The notes below the pieces were generated by a model. That model did no database searches. It had not been told where the DNA came from and saw nothing but the letters and a program-made list of their open reading frames with translations. A DNA stretch of 48,624 nucleotides from a virus (Duplodnaviria; Caudoviricetes): positions 1 through 48,624 of IMG/VR virus record IMGVR_UViG_3300017766_003321; one strand, given 5' to 3'. How positions within the stretch are numbered: position 1 is the stretch's first letter; every line of letters starts with the position of its first letter. The position numbers and the translations under genes are program-made. Positions 17,751-26,879 of this stretch are shown one piece after another.

Positions 17751-18862
17751 GCAAGCACGCCCTCATCCAGCCCAGCGCCGCGCACCGGTGGACGCCGTGC
17801 CCCGGGTCCATCAAGCTCGAAGCGCTCAACCCCGAGGTCGAGCAGACCGAAGAGCAGCGCGAGGGTGAGGCGGCGCACTGGGCGGTCGAGCAGGTGCTGG
17901 CCGGGCAGCTGGTCGCGCCGGGGCTCATCGCCCCCAACGGCTGGGTGCTCGACCAGGACATCTGCGACGGTGCGGAGCTTATGCCCGAGGCCATCCCCTC
18001 GCGCCTGCGCCCGCTGGTGTTTGTCGAGTCGCGCGTCAGCATGGCGCGGCGCATCCACCCCGAGAACTGGGGCACGCCCGACGCGTGGGCCTACGACGCA
18101 CCCGACCGCACCATCTACCTGTGGGACTACAAGTTCGGCCACGGCTTCGTGGACGTGTTTGAGAACCTGCAGCTGGCCGACTACGCGGCGGGCATCTGCG
18201 AGACGCTGGGTCTCAACGGCCTGGATGAACAGAACCACCGCATCGTGTTTTGTATCGTGCAGCCGCGTTGCTGGCATCGTGACGGGCACATCAGGCGCTG
18301 GACCACCACCGTGGCCAACTTGCGCGTGTTGTGGAACCGCCTCCAGATGTCCGCAGCCGTGGCCATGGAGCCGAACCCGCCCGTGAACCCCGGCGATCAC
18401 TGCGACAACTGCCGTGGTCGCCACATCTGCCCCGGGCTGCACAAGGACGTGTCGCGTGTCGCCACAACCTTTGAACTTGCGGTGCCACTGGACCTGACCG
18501 AGAACGCTCTGGCCTTTGAGATCCGCCATCTGCGCAGGCTCCATGCCAAGGTTGAGGCGCGGCTCACGGGGCTGGAGGGTGACGCGACGATGCGTATGCG
18601 TTCTGGCAAAAGCGTGCCTGGCTTTGCTCTCACAAGCAAGCCGAGTGCGCTGGCGTGGACCGTGCCCGACGAGACGGTGATTAGTTTTGGGCAGGTGTAC
18701 GGCAAGTCGCTTGCCAAGCCTCAGAAGCCGATCACGCCCACGCAGGCACTCGCTGCGGGGCTTCCCGAAGAGGTCATCAAAGGCATCGCCAAGCGTGAAC
18801 AGACGGCGCCCAAGTTGACGCCAGTTGACGCTGCAGAGATGCGGCGAACATTTCTCTATTGA
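17747..18862 (+). CDS. DUF2800 Cas4-like PD-(D/E)XK exonuclease
   Basis: HALIQPSAAHRW..CPGS, EG.AAH, WGTPD, DYKFG, QL..Y, NPGDHC..C..C. Confidence 0.88.
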   Translation: MSKHALIQPSAAHRWTPCPGSIKLEALNPEVEQTEEQREGEAAHWAVEQVLAGQLVAPGLIAPNGWVLDQDICDGAELMPEAIPSRLRPLVFVESRVSMARRIHPENWGTPDAWAYDAPDRTIYLWDYKFGHGFVDVFENLQLADYAAGICETLGLNGLDEQNHRIVFCIVQPRCWHRDGHIRRWTTTVANLRVLWNRLQMSAAVAMEPNPPVNPGDHCDNCRGRHICPGLHKDVSRVATTFELAVPLDLTENALAFEIRHLRRLHAKVEARLTGLEGDATMRMRSGKSVPGFALTSKPSALAWTVPDETVISFGQVYGKSLAKPQKPITPTQALAAGLPEEVIKGIAKREQTAPKLTPVDAAEMRRTFLY

Positions 18863-18888
18863 CATTCATGTAAATTGTGCTGCACAAT
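18859..18888 (+). promoter_or_regulatory. Promoter/operator copy 4, upstream of SSB
   Basis: TTGACATTCATGTAAA; TTGACA-18-CACAAT. Confidence 0.8.
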
Positions 18889-18916
18889 GCAGCGTCACTC
18901 AACCACAGGAGCCACA

Positions 18917-19861
18917 ATGGCACAGCAACAGACCCCTTTCCTTCTCCCACCAGGCCGCATCGTCTGGGGCGATCTTCACAAGGCGCGCACCACCGACTTC
19001 GAGGGCCGCCCGCTGGTGTACAAGAGCGGACCCGACGCCGGCAAGCCGCGCTCGTCCATCGACTTCGGCGTGGCCATCCCCAAGGTGCCCGGCCAGCACT
19101 GGGCGTCCAGCGAATGGGGCGCGAAGATTTGGCAAGCCGGCCACGCTGGCGTGAGCAACGCCGGTCAACTGCCCGACTTTGCCTGGAAGATCGTGGACGG
19201 CGACGATGCTCGCGTGCCCCCGCTCAAGCCCAACAAGCCTCAGGGCAAAGCGCCCAACCAGCGCCCCGGCTACCCCGGCCACTGGGTGCTTTCGCTCTCC
19301 AGCAGCTTTGCGCCGCAGATCGTGGACGGCACGCAAGGTGATCGCTTCCCCGCCATTACGCAAGTGGGCGCGGTGGTGTGCGGCGACATCGTGCAGGTGC
19401 GGGGCAACGTGCAATACAACAACTCAACCGGCAACCCAGGCGTGTTCCTCAACCACGAGGTGGTGTGCTTCTCGGGCTACCACCCAGATGGCCGCATCGC
19501 CAGCGGTGGCGTCGACGTTGCGAGCGTGGGCTTCCAGACGGGCCTTGTTGCTGGTGCGCAGGCTGCGCCGGCTGGAGCGGCTGCGGTGCCCGGCGCTGTT
19601 GCGCCTCCTGCTGTGGCAGCACCCCCCACGGTCGTTGCGCCGCCTGCGGCCTACGTTGCACCCGCACCAGTTGCTGCACCACCTGTGGCCGTCGCGCCCA
19701 ACCCCAACTTTGCGCCGCCTCCACCGGTGGTCGCTGCGCCGCCCGTGGCCACGCCAGCGCGCGTGATGCTGCCGGCGGCCGGTGGGCTCACCTACGAGGC
19801 GTTCATCGCTGCGGGGTGGACCGACCAGCAGTTGATCCAAGCCGGGAAGATGGCGGCGTGA
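18917..19861 (+). CDS. ssDNA-binding protein (DUF2815/gp2.5-like) with Pro/Ala linker
   Basis: GRIVWG, DGD, GYPGHWVL, GVFLN; synteny with DUF2800 and the polymerase. Confidence 0.7.
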   Translation: MAQQQTPFLLPPGRIVWGDLHKARTTDFEGRPLVYKSGPDAGKPRSSIDFGVAIPKVPGQHWASSEWGAKIWQAGHAGVSNAGQLPDFAWKIVDGDDARVPPLKPNKPQGKAPNQRPGYPGHWVLSLSSSFAPQIVDGTQGDRFPAITQVGAVVCGDIVQVRGNVQYNNSTGNPGVFLNHEVVCFSGYHPDGRIASGGVDVASVGFQTGLVAGAQAAPAGAAAVPGAVAPPAVAAPPTVVAPPAAYVAPAPVAAPPVAVAPNPNFAPPPPVVAAPPVATPARVMLPAAGGLTYEAFIAAGWTDQQLIQAGKMAA

Positions 19862-20066
19862 ACCCGCCCGACACCCGACCACCAAGCCCCGGGCTTTACG
19901 AAGTGGGGGCGCCGATTCCGGCGTACCGCACCACGTCGAAGTTCTACGCTTGGTGGTCGGGATCTCTGTGGAGTCCAGCCTCTCGCAGTCGTGCGAAGGC
20001 TGCGGACCCAATGCGTTTGCGGTCGCTGCCGTCGTTCAAAACAAACCCTGGAAGGATGTCGAATGA
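19858..20066 (+). pseudogene. Paralogue of 17529-17750, apparently one base short near 20037
   Basis: RPPSPGLYEV..YAWW..W; a plausible end QNKPWKDVE* (TGA overlapping ATG 20063) is in the -1 frame. Confidence 0.55.
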
Positions 20067-20245
20067 CTGCCTACCTCATTCTCAGCTTGGTGATGCGGTC
20101 ACTCTCCGCGTGGGTTTGCTTCACGACGGTGCCCGACACACCTGGCGGCCTTCGGGCCTCCTACATCCTGCTGTTTTTTATCTACTGCTTCATGGCGGCG
20201 GGCTCGTTCGTTTTCCTGATCAACATTTGGGAGGTGCAACCGTGA
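20063..20245 (+). CDS. Small two-TM membrane protein (60 aa)
   Basis: AAGGA RBS; hydrophobic. Confidence 0.6.
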   Translation: MTAYLILSLVMRSLSAWVCFTTVPDTPGGLRASYILLFFIYCFMAAGSFVFLINIWEVQP

Positions 20246-20424
20246 AATTTACAGTCTACAAAGATGCCAAGGGCGAGTGGCGCTGGCGTCTCAAGGCCCG
20301 CAACGGCAACATTGTGGCCGACAGCGGCGAGGGGTACGCGCGCAAGGGTGGTGCGGTCACCGCGGTGTCCAAGCTGCGCAGCAACCTCAAGACCCGCGAC
20401 ATCCCGGTGGAGGTGCAAAAATGA
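20242..20424 (+). CDS. YegP/DUF1508 family protein
   Basis: FTVYKDAKGEWRWRLKARNGNIVADSGEGY. Confidence 0.9.
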   Translation: MKFTVYKDAKGEWRWRLKARNGNIVADSGEGYARKGGAVTAVSKLRSNLKTRDIPVEVQK

Positions 20425-21023
20425 TCTGGCGCATCATCGCGTGGATAGTCACGCAGCCCCGCATCTTTGACGCCATTCGCGAGCGTGCGATGTTCACACC
20501 CTACTCGCACATCAAGAGCGCCGACGGCACTGATCTCTACATGGGCCGCTGGTGGATCTTCAACCCCTACGCGACCGAGCGCGGTGGGCGTAGCGAGGGG
20601 AGCGAGACCAAAGACACGCGCGTGTGGTGGCGCCGCGTGCTGCCCAGCATTCGCCTGCACTACATCGCGCGCCCTGACCGTGACCGCCACCTCCACGATC
20701 ACCCCTGGAACGCACACACGATCATCGGCGAGGGCTGGTACCGCGAGGAACGCTACCATGATCTGTACGAAGATCCGCAAGTGCGGCAAGACCTTGCTGC
20801 GCGAAAGCCTGGCACGCCCCCGTGGGCGCCGAGCAAGTTGCGCAAGCAAGGCTACACCGGCGCGCTCAAACACGGCGAGTTCCACCGCATTACGTCGGTG
20901 TCCCCAACTGGCGTGTGGACCATCTTCATTACCTGGCGCAAGCGCGGCTCGTGGGGCTTTGATGTCGACGGCGTGAAGGTGCCGTGGCGTGAGTACCTTG
21001 CAGAGCGTGAAGGGGGTCAATGA
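20421..21023 (+). CDS. Cupin-fold metal-binding protein
   Basis: RLH..PD.DRHLHDHPW, G.Y.E, FHRI, WT.F, WGF. Confidence 0.75.
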   Translation: MIWRIIAWIVTQPRIFDAIRERAMFTPYSHIKSADGTDLYMGRWWIFNPYATERGGRSEGSETKDTRVWWRRVLPSIRLHYIARPDRDRHLHDHPWNAHTIIGEGWYREERYHDLYEDPQVRQDLAARKPGTPPWAPSKLRKQGYTGALKHGEFHRITSVSPTGVWTIFITWRKRGSWGFDVDGVKVPWREYLAEREGGQ

Positions 21024-21229
21024 TGGCGCTTACCTACAACGACATTCTCGACGCACGCAACGCTGCACAGCAAGACATTGAGCGCGCAGATCAGGCCACG
21101 CGTCAAGCGGTGCGGTTGATCCGTGGTCGGCTTCGCGCTGCGCAGGTGGACCCGTATGACCTCAAGGATTTGAAGCGCGAGCTTGCGGAGTTTGACGCGG
21201 CGAAGCGCGTGTGGAAGGCGGTGAAGTGA
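21020..21229 (+). CDS. Hypothetical protein (69 aa)
   Basis: Coupled ORF. Confidence 0.7.
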   Translation: MMALTYNDILDARNAAQQDIERADQATRQAVRLIRGRLRAAQVDPYDLKDLKRELAEFDAAKRVWKAVK

Positions 21230-21633
21230 TGGGCTGTACCAACATACGCGTCGCGGGCGTGGTGCTTGCGGACATGATGCATCTGCCTGACGGCACTGAA
21301 ATTCTCGACATTCAACGAAGCGGTCGAGACGATGGAACTTACCTCATGACCGTCGTGGGGCCTGAAGTGCCGAACACCGCTGAGTGCCACGCGGTCTACA
21401 CCAGGCAAGCGCCCGTGCTTGTGAACTTCAAACCGATCATGCTTGACCCGCCCGCCCCTCTTTTAGTCGGCGAGGGCGAAGCCGCCGAGTTGCTGAAATG
21501 GGCGGCAGAACTTGCGGATAGTCACGTGTCGCAGGAGTTGTCCGACGGTGGCTGCGGTGCTGAAATTACTTCGGACGTGAATCGTTTGCAGCGCTTGCGC
21601 GCTTACCTAAAGCAACTTGAGGGCGGCAAGTGA
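21229..21633 (+). CDS. Hypothetical protein (134 aa)
   Basis: TGATG coupling. Confidence 0.7.
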   Translation: MGCTNIRVAGVVLADMMHLPDGTEILDIQRSGRDDGTYLMTVVGPEVPNTAECHAVYTRQAPVLVNFKPIMLDPPAPLLVGEGEAAELLKWAAELADSHVSQELSDGGCGAEITSDVNRLQRLRAYLKQLEGGK

Positions 21634-23957
21634 CCCTAGTTCCCCCACCGCCCCCGGCGCTCGCTCGCGATCTCCCGATTGGCACCCGCCTTGTTGCAGG
21701 CCTAGGCTATTCCACAGTCATCCCCTCGATCGACTTCGAGACCTACAGCGAAGCGGGTCACGAGTGGAGCGAAGAGCGCCAGCGCTGGGTGCAGCCGAAG
21801 GGCGCAGCCGGCACCGCCAAAGGCCTCGGGCTTGTGGGCACCGCGGTCTACGCCCAGCACCCGAGCACCGAGGTACTGTGCATGGCCTACAACCTCAAAC
21901 GTGGTGAGGGGCCGAAGCACTGGCGCCCCGGCTTGCCGATGCCGCTTGACCTCTTTGAGTACCTGCAGTTTGGCGGGTTGATCGAAGCCTGGAACAGCCC
22001 ATTTGAGGAATGGATCTGGAACGAAGTGTGCGTGCGCCTGTACGGCTTCCCGCCCATACACCCGCACCAGTTCCGCTGTGCCATGGCCAAGGCGCGTGCG
22101 TGGGGCCTGCCAGGCAAGCTGGAGGAAGCGGCGCGAGTGCTGGGTGTGCCGATCCAAAAGGACGCCGACGGCAAGCGGCTGCTCGACAAATTCAGCGTGC
22201 CGCGCAACCCGACCAAGACCGACCCACGCCGGCGCATCAGGCCCGAGGATGATCCATTCGACGCCGCGAAGCTCTACGCCTACAACATCACCGACATCGA
22301 CACCGAGGATGAGGTGGCGGCGCGTGTGCCTGACCTTGAGGGTGATGAGCTCAAATTCTGGTTGGCCGACCAAGCGATCAACAAGCGCGGCGTCCACGTG
22401 GACGTGCCGAGCATCGACGCGTGCTGTGATCTGGTCGACCAGGCTCTGGAGCGCTACAACACCGAGCTCTACACGCTCACCGGCGGCACCGTGAGTGCTG
22501 CGAGCGAAGTGCAAAAGCTGCTGGGGTGGCTGGGCGCGCAAGGCGTGCACATGGGCAGCATGGACGAGGATAGCGTTGAGGCCGCTCTCAAAGAGCGTGA
22601 GCGCTGGCCGGCGCCAGCTGTGCGTGCGCTGGAGATCCGCCAAGCCGTGGGCAGCGCCAGCGTCAAAAAAGTTTTTGCGATGCGCCTGCGCGCCGCGCGT
22701 GGCGACCGCCTGCACGATCTGTTCGGCTACCACGCGGCCCGCACGGGACGCCCCACCGGCAATGGCCCTCAGCCGACCAACCTGCCCAAGGCCGGACCCG
22801 AGGTCGCGAGGTGTGGCTGGGCCGGCAAGAAGCAGTTTGCGATGGGCTGTGGCCGCTACCACGGTACGCACCTCGCCGCGTGCCCCTGGTGCGGCGTGGA
22901 AGGCCCGCCGGGGCGCAAAGCTGAATGGTGTGCAGCCGCCGCCGTCGACGCGCTGGAGGTGATCGCCTGGCGCAACCTGTCGCTGCTGGAGCACTTCTTT
23001 GCCGACGCCATGCTGGCCATCTCAGGGTGCCTGCGGGGCCTGTTCAACGCAGCGCCAGGGAAGGTGCTGGTGTCGAGCGACTACACCGCCATTGAAGCCG
23101 TCGTGATCGCCGCGCTGGCCGGCGAGGAATGGCGCCTGCAGGTGTTCCGCGACAAGACCGACATCTACCTCGAATCCATCGGCCGCAGCACGGGCACGCC
23201 CGTGGCCGACATGGTGGCGTTCAAGGCCGCGCAAGGCATGCACCACCCTCTGCGCCAGAAGGGCAAGATTCAAGAGCTCAGTCTGGGCTTTGGCGGGTGG
23301 CTCGGTGCACTGCGCGCGTTTGGCGCCGAGGGCAACGACGAAGAGTTGAAGCAACAGATCTTGGCGTGGCGCAAGGCGAGCCCGGCCATCGTGGAGTTGT
23401 GGGGCGGCCAGACGCGCGACTTCGGACGCAGCACCGAATACTTCGGTCTTGAGGGCGCGAGCGTTCAGGCCATGCTCAACCCCGGCGTGCGCCAGCACGT
23501 GAAGAGACTCAACGGCACCGACACAGGGCTCTCCTACCTGCTCCACGCCGGTGTGCTGTACCTGACGCTGCCCAGCGGTCGCCACATCGCCTACCAGCAG
23601 CCTCGCCTGCGCGCGACCGGCACGTGGCGTGGCTATCGGCTCACGTTCATGGGCTGGAACACCAACCCCATGAAGGGCGCGCCAGGTTGGCTGGAGATGG
23701 ATCTGTACGGCGGGCTCGACGCTGAGAACGCGACGCAGGCCTTGGCTCGCGACGTGCAGCGCAACGCCATCATCAACTCGGAAGAGGGCGGCTATCCCAT
23801 CGTGCTCCACGTCTACGATGAGGACGTGGCCGAGGTGGACCCACACCAGACTGTGGAAGGCCTTGAGGCCCACATGAACGCCATGCCGCCCTTTGCGCAG
23901 GGGTGGCCGATCTCAGCAAGCGGGGGCTGGCGCGACCCCCGGTATCAGAAGGCTTGA
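21630..23957 (+). CDS. Family A DNA polymerase with 3'-5' exonuclease
   Basis: IDFETYS exoI, YNITD exoIII, ARTGR, motif A DYTAIE, motif B RQKGKIQELSLGFG, ENATQALARD, motif C HVYDE. Confidence 0.92.
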   Translation: MTLVPPPPPALARDLPIGTRLVAGLGYSTVIPSIDFETYSEAGHEWSEERQRWVQPKGAAGTAKGLGLVGTAVYAQHPSTEVLCMAYNLKRGEGPKHWRPGLPMPLDLFEYLQFGGLIEAWNSPFEEWIWNEVCVRLYGFPPIHPHQFRCAMAKARAWGLPGKLEEAARVLGVPIQKDADGKRLLDKFSVPRNPTKTDPRRRIRPEDDPFDAAKLYAYNITDIDTEDEVAARVPDLEGDELKFWLADQAINKRGVHVDVPSIDACCDLVDQALERYNTELYTLTGGTVSAASEVQKLLGWLGAQGVHMGSMDEDSVEAALKERERWPAPAVRALEIRQAVGSASVKKVFAMRLRAARGDRLHDLFGYHAARTGRPTGNGPQPTNLPKAGPEVARCGWAGKKQFAMGCGRYHGTHLAACPWCGVEGPPGRKAEWCAAAAVDALEVIAWRNLSLLEHFFADAMLAISGCLRGLFNAAPGKVLVSSDYTAIEAVVIAALAGEEWRLQVFRDKTDIYLESIGRSTGTPVADMVAFKAAQGMHHPLRQKGKIQELSLGFGGWLGALRAFGAEGNDEELKQQILAWRKASPAIVELWGGQTRDFGRSTEYFGLEGASVQAMLNPGVRQHVKRLNGTDTGLSYLLHAGVLYLTLPSGRHIAYQQPRLRATGTWRGYRLTFMGWNTNPMKGAPGWLEMDLYGGLDAENATQALARDVQRNAIINSEEGGYPIVLHVYDEDVAEVDPHQTVEGLEAHMNAMPPFAQGWPISASGGWRDPRYQKA

Positions 23958-23959
23958 CC

Positions 23960-24361
23960 ATGGACGACAAGGACACCGAGGAAGCGCTGCAGTTGCTGGA
24001 GTCGACCGCCAACATGCTGCGCGGCATGACGCTCGACCCCGCGATCCCGAAGCACGCCAAAGATGCAATGCACCAGCGCATCAAAGAACTTGAAGGGTTC
24101 GTGGAAAGGCACGTGAGTGACTTTGCGCGACGCATCGCGGGCAGTAAGTTCCGACCGGTCAACTGGGCGGACCTCAGCAAGCCCGGGGCGCCCGTCATTG
24201 GCTGGGGCCTTGAGCAGAAAAAGCTAGGAGAACGGTTGTACCGGCCAGTAGGATATGACGGCAAGATTCACCCGTTTGCTAGCAAAGCCGAAGCCCAGAC
24301 CAAGTGCGACGAGCTCAACGGGCTAGCGCAGCAGCCCGACACTCCCGATACACCCCGCTGA
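23960..24361 (+). CDS. Hypothetical protein (133 aa)
   Basis: ATG immediately after the polymerase stop. Confidence 0.65.
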   Translation: MDDKDTEEALQLLESTANMLRGMTLDPAIPKHAKDAMHQRIKELEGFVERHVSDFARRIAGSKFRPVNWADLSKPGAPVIGWGLEQKKLGERLYRPVGYDGKIHPFASKAEAQTKCDELNGLAQQPDTPDTPR

Positions 24362-24557
24362 GCGCCACCAGCTTGTCGAGCACTTCCCCGAGGCTCACGG
24401 TGCCGTCAGGGCTTGGGGTCAGCGGCGTCGGCTCGGGGCAACTCGCCACCACCAGCGGGCTCGGGCCGCCCGGTGAGGGCTTCGTTGGCGAGGCGCACCC
24501 CAGAAGCAGGAACGCGGCACTCGCGATACACAGTGTTGGTTTGGATCTCACGTTCAA
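24315..24557 (-). CDS. Rz1: o-spanin lipoprotein
   Basis: LLLGC lipobox, Pro-rich, CPEP..Y.EC; overlaps the i-spanin in another frame. Confidence 0.85.
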   Translation of the reverse strand: MNVRSKPTLCIASAAFLLLGCASPTKPSPGGPSPLVVASCPEPTPLTPSPDGTVSLGEVLDKLVALSGVYRECRAAALAR

Positions 24558-24771
24558 GCTCCTGGCGAATGGTGACGTTGCGCGGCTTCAGCTTGGCGAT
24601 GGCATCCGCTGCACCTTGCTGGGCGGCCTCACGCGTCTCGCGCACCGCATTGTCGATGCCGGCCTGCTTGGCGATCTCGCCCTGCGCGCCGATCTCTTGG
24701 CCGTAGAAGAATGCCCCGACCACGGCGGCCACGGCAAGCGCGCCGGCTGCAAGCAGTGCGTAGGGGTTCAT
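24406..24771 (-). CDS. Rz: i-spanin
   Basis: N-terminal TM, helical region, YREC. Confidence 0.85.
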   Translation of the reverse strand: MNPYALLAAGALAVAAVVGAFFYGQEIGAQGEIAKQAGIDNAVRETREAAQQGAADAIAKLKPRNVTIRQELEREIQTNTVYRECRVPASGVRLANEALTGRPEPAGGGELPRADAADPKP

Positions 24772-25250
24772 GCCTCACCCGTGGTCTTTGGGGCCGAGCC
24801 GATGATCAGCCCGCCATTCTCAGGCACCGGCACCGCGGTGGGCCACCGGTAGCCCGAGACGCGATCGAGCGTGAACTTGCGGATGTTGACCTCGTTGCCC
24901 TGATTGCCGCCCAGCACGAGCAGCTGGCCGTCAAAGGTGATGCCGGTCACAAAGCCCACGTGGCCGCCGCCCGAGCGCGTGAACACCACGACGCAGCCCA
25001 GCACCGGCGCCTGCAGCTTCTGGCCCCAGGTGAGGTAGGACTTGGCCGACTCGAAGCGACTGGACACGATGCCCACGTTCTCTAGGCAGAAGCCCACGAA
25101 CGCCGCGCACCAAGGCGTCTCGTCGTCCTTGATGCCGCCGCGCTTGATGGCCTTCCACATGGCCACGATGAGCGGGTGGTGGTTGACGCCGGGGATCTCG
25201 CGCACGCCGAGGTGCTTGCGGGCTTCAGCGAGCCAAGTGGGTTCGTTCAT
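24768..25250 (-). CDS. Endolysin, TIGR02594/NlpC-P60-like
   Basis: DETPWCAAFV, GGHVGF, LGGNQ, YRWP. Confidence 0.88.
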   Translation of the reverse strand: MNEPTWLAEARKHLGVREIPGVNHHPLIVAMWKAIKRGGIKDDETPWCAAFVGFCLENVGIVSSRFESAKSYLTWGQKLQAPVLGCVVVFTRSGGGHVGFVTGITFDGQLLVLGGNQGNEVNIRKFTLDRVSGYRWPTAVPVPENGGLIIGSAPKTTGEA

Positions 25251-25870
25251 GGTGTGGTCCTCTCACAAAGGGCGACGATACCCGGGTTGGGTCCGAAAGG
25301 CGCCCACAGGTCTTTGCCGCTGGCCAGCGTCGGCTTTGTGGCGTCACAGGCAGCCCCTACAGCCGCGCGAGCCACCTCGCGGGTACCTCGCACCCCGCCG
25401 ACCAGCGCAAACGCCGGGCGCGTGGCGCTGAGGCCGTTGCTCTTGACCTTCCAAGGGCTCAAGGTGCGGGGGAAGTCTGCGAGCCAGGCGTCGCGCTGAG
25501 TGAGCAGCGCCACCTTGCGCTCTCGGCATATCGGATGCTCCCCGGCAAATTCATCCCACCGGGAGTAGTCGCACTCAAACTGCATGTACTCGCGCCAGGC
25601 AAGCTCTGGCGTCATCTTGCCCGTCAGTACCTCGTTGGCCGCGTCTTTGAAGCTCTGGAGGTCGCAGGCCGCATGCGCGCACGAAAACCCGTGGTGGTCG
25701 ATACCGCCGGTGGTGGGGTTGCGCACAAACCAGAAAAGGTGCGTGGCCAGCGGACCCTGCACGGCCTTTGTGGTCAGCGGTTTGCATTCTAGGTAGGGCA
25801 CGCAGGCCGGGGCTGCGCGCGCACCCAGAGTGCACAGGGACAAGAGCAGGGAGAGAATGAGCAGTCTCAT
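25247..25870 (-). CDS. Secreted Cys-containing hypothetical protein in the lysis cassette
   Basis: Sec signal MRLLILSLLLSLCTLGARA. Confidence 0.75.
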   Translation of the reverse strand: MRLLILSLLLSLCTLGARAAPACVPYLECKPLTTKAVQGPLATHLFWFVRNPTTGGIDHHGFSCAHAACDLQSFKDAANEVLTGKMTPELAWREYMQFECDYSRWDEFAGEHPICRERKVALLTQRDAWLADFPRTLSPWKVKSNGLSATRPAFALVGGVRGTREVARAAVGAACDATKPTLASGKDLWAPFGPNPGIVALCERTTP

Positions 25871-26109
25871 GGTTGATCCTTGATGGCGTCGTGCAGCCGG
25901 TCGATCGCTGCGTTGATGACGCGGGTGTTGCCTGAGTTGCGCGCCGTCTTTGCTGCGGCTTTGAGGAAGTGCAGCGATCGTGCATTGCTGGGCGCCACGA
26001 AAGGGTACAGATCAAGCACGCGCGATTCAAGCTCGATGTTTGACCAGGATACCGCCACGCGCGCCTTGAGGTCGGCGAAGGCGTTATCAATTTCTCGCGC
26101 GCTGCTCAC
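25867..26109 (-). CDS. Hypothetical protein (about 80 aa)
   Basis: ORF fills the gap and is coupled to the next gene; start uncertain. Confidence 0.55.
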   Translation of the reverse strand: MSSAREIDNAFADLKARVAVSWSNIELESRVLDLYPFVAPSNARSLHFLKAAAKTARNSGNTRVINAAIDRLHDAIKDQP

Positions 26110-26524
26110 GCTTGCCGCCTTCGGGTTCCAACGGAGCCGGGGCACTGTCCGCGTTGAAGAGGTGCGCAAGATCGTGCACGGGCTCAGTGATGCGGCGCAT
26201 GATGGCCCGGGTCATGGACTCGTGGCCACACGGGGTGTCGATTTTGGTTTGCAGGCGCTCGACGTACTTGCGGGCTCTCACGACCAGCCCGATGCAAACG
26301 ACAAGGATCGAGCACCGCGTCACAAAGGAAGCGCGCCAGTAGGCCTCCCACTCGCGACTTTCGTTGAAGGTCAATGCGAATGTCACGAGCAACGAGATGA
26401 TCATGCCGATAAGTCCCACCTTGATGATCACGCCCTCGTGGATCCCCCGGTTCAAAACGATCAGGCACAAAGCCAAAGCGGACAGGAGCGACACAACGCC
26501 GCTCGCAAAATGCCAAGTACTCAT
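26087..26524 (-). CDS. Three-TM membrane protein (holin/antiholin candidate)
   Basis: Three hydrophobic helices; GGAGGTG RBS; lysis position. Confidence 0.7.
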   Translation of the reverse strand: MSTWHFASGVVSLLSALALCLIVLNRGIHEGVIIKVGLIGMIISLLVTFALTFNESREWEAYWRASFVTRCSILVVCIGLVVRARKYVERLQTKIDTPCGHESMTRAIMRRITEPVHDLAHLFNADSAPAPLEPEGGKREQRARN

Positions 26525-26877
26525 TGCTCACCTCCAGACTGGTCCGGGTTGCGCTGTGCGGCGCTGCGCATCCAAGGAATGTAGTCACTGAGCTTGACGG
26601 TCTTGGTCCAGTCAAGCGCGGCGGCCATCAGGTTCAAGCCAAACAGGCCCACGGCAAACGACATCGCGGACTGCATGGCCGGCGTGGTCATCCCGAAGTA
26701 TTCGGAAAGGGCGGGGCTGAAAAAACCCGACAGCAGTGCGCCCGTGAGCACGCCGATTGCCCGTTGGAGAATCGTGGTGCCTGGCACGGCGCGTCCCATG
26801 GCGACGAGGCCGCCGAGTGCGCCCGCTAGCCAGGGGCTTTTTACAGCCTCTTCTGCGGCTTGGGGATCAAAGTTCAT
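26521..26877 (-). CDS. Holin-like membrane protein
   Basis: GALGGLVA, G.L.SGF.SP, AF.VGLFG TM pattern. Confidence 0.7.
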   Translation of the reverse strand: MNFDPQAAEEAVKSPWLAGALGGLVAMGRAVPGTTILQRAIGVLTGALLSGFFSPALSEYFGMTTPAMQSAMSFAVGLFGLNLMAAALDWTKTVKLSDYIPWMRSAAQRNPDQSGGEQ

Positions 26878-26879
26878 GG

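Noticed and set aside
17747-18862. Cas4-like gene as part of a CRISPR system
   Set aside because: No array or other cas genes; DUF2800 is a standard member of this replication module
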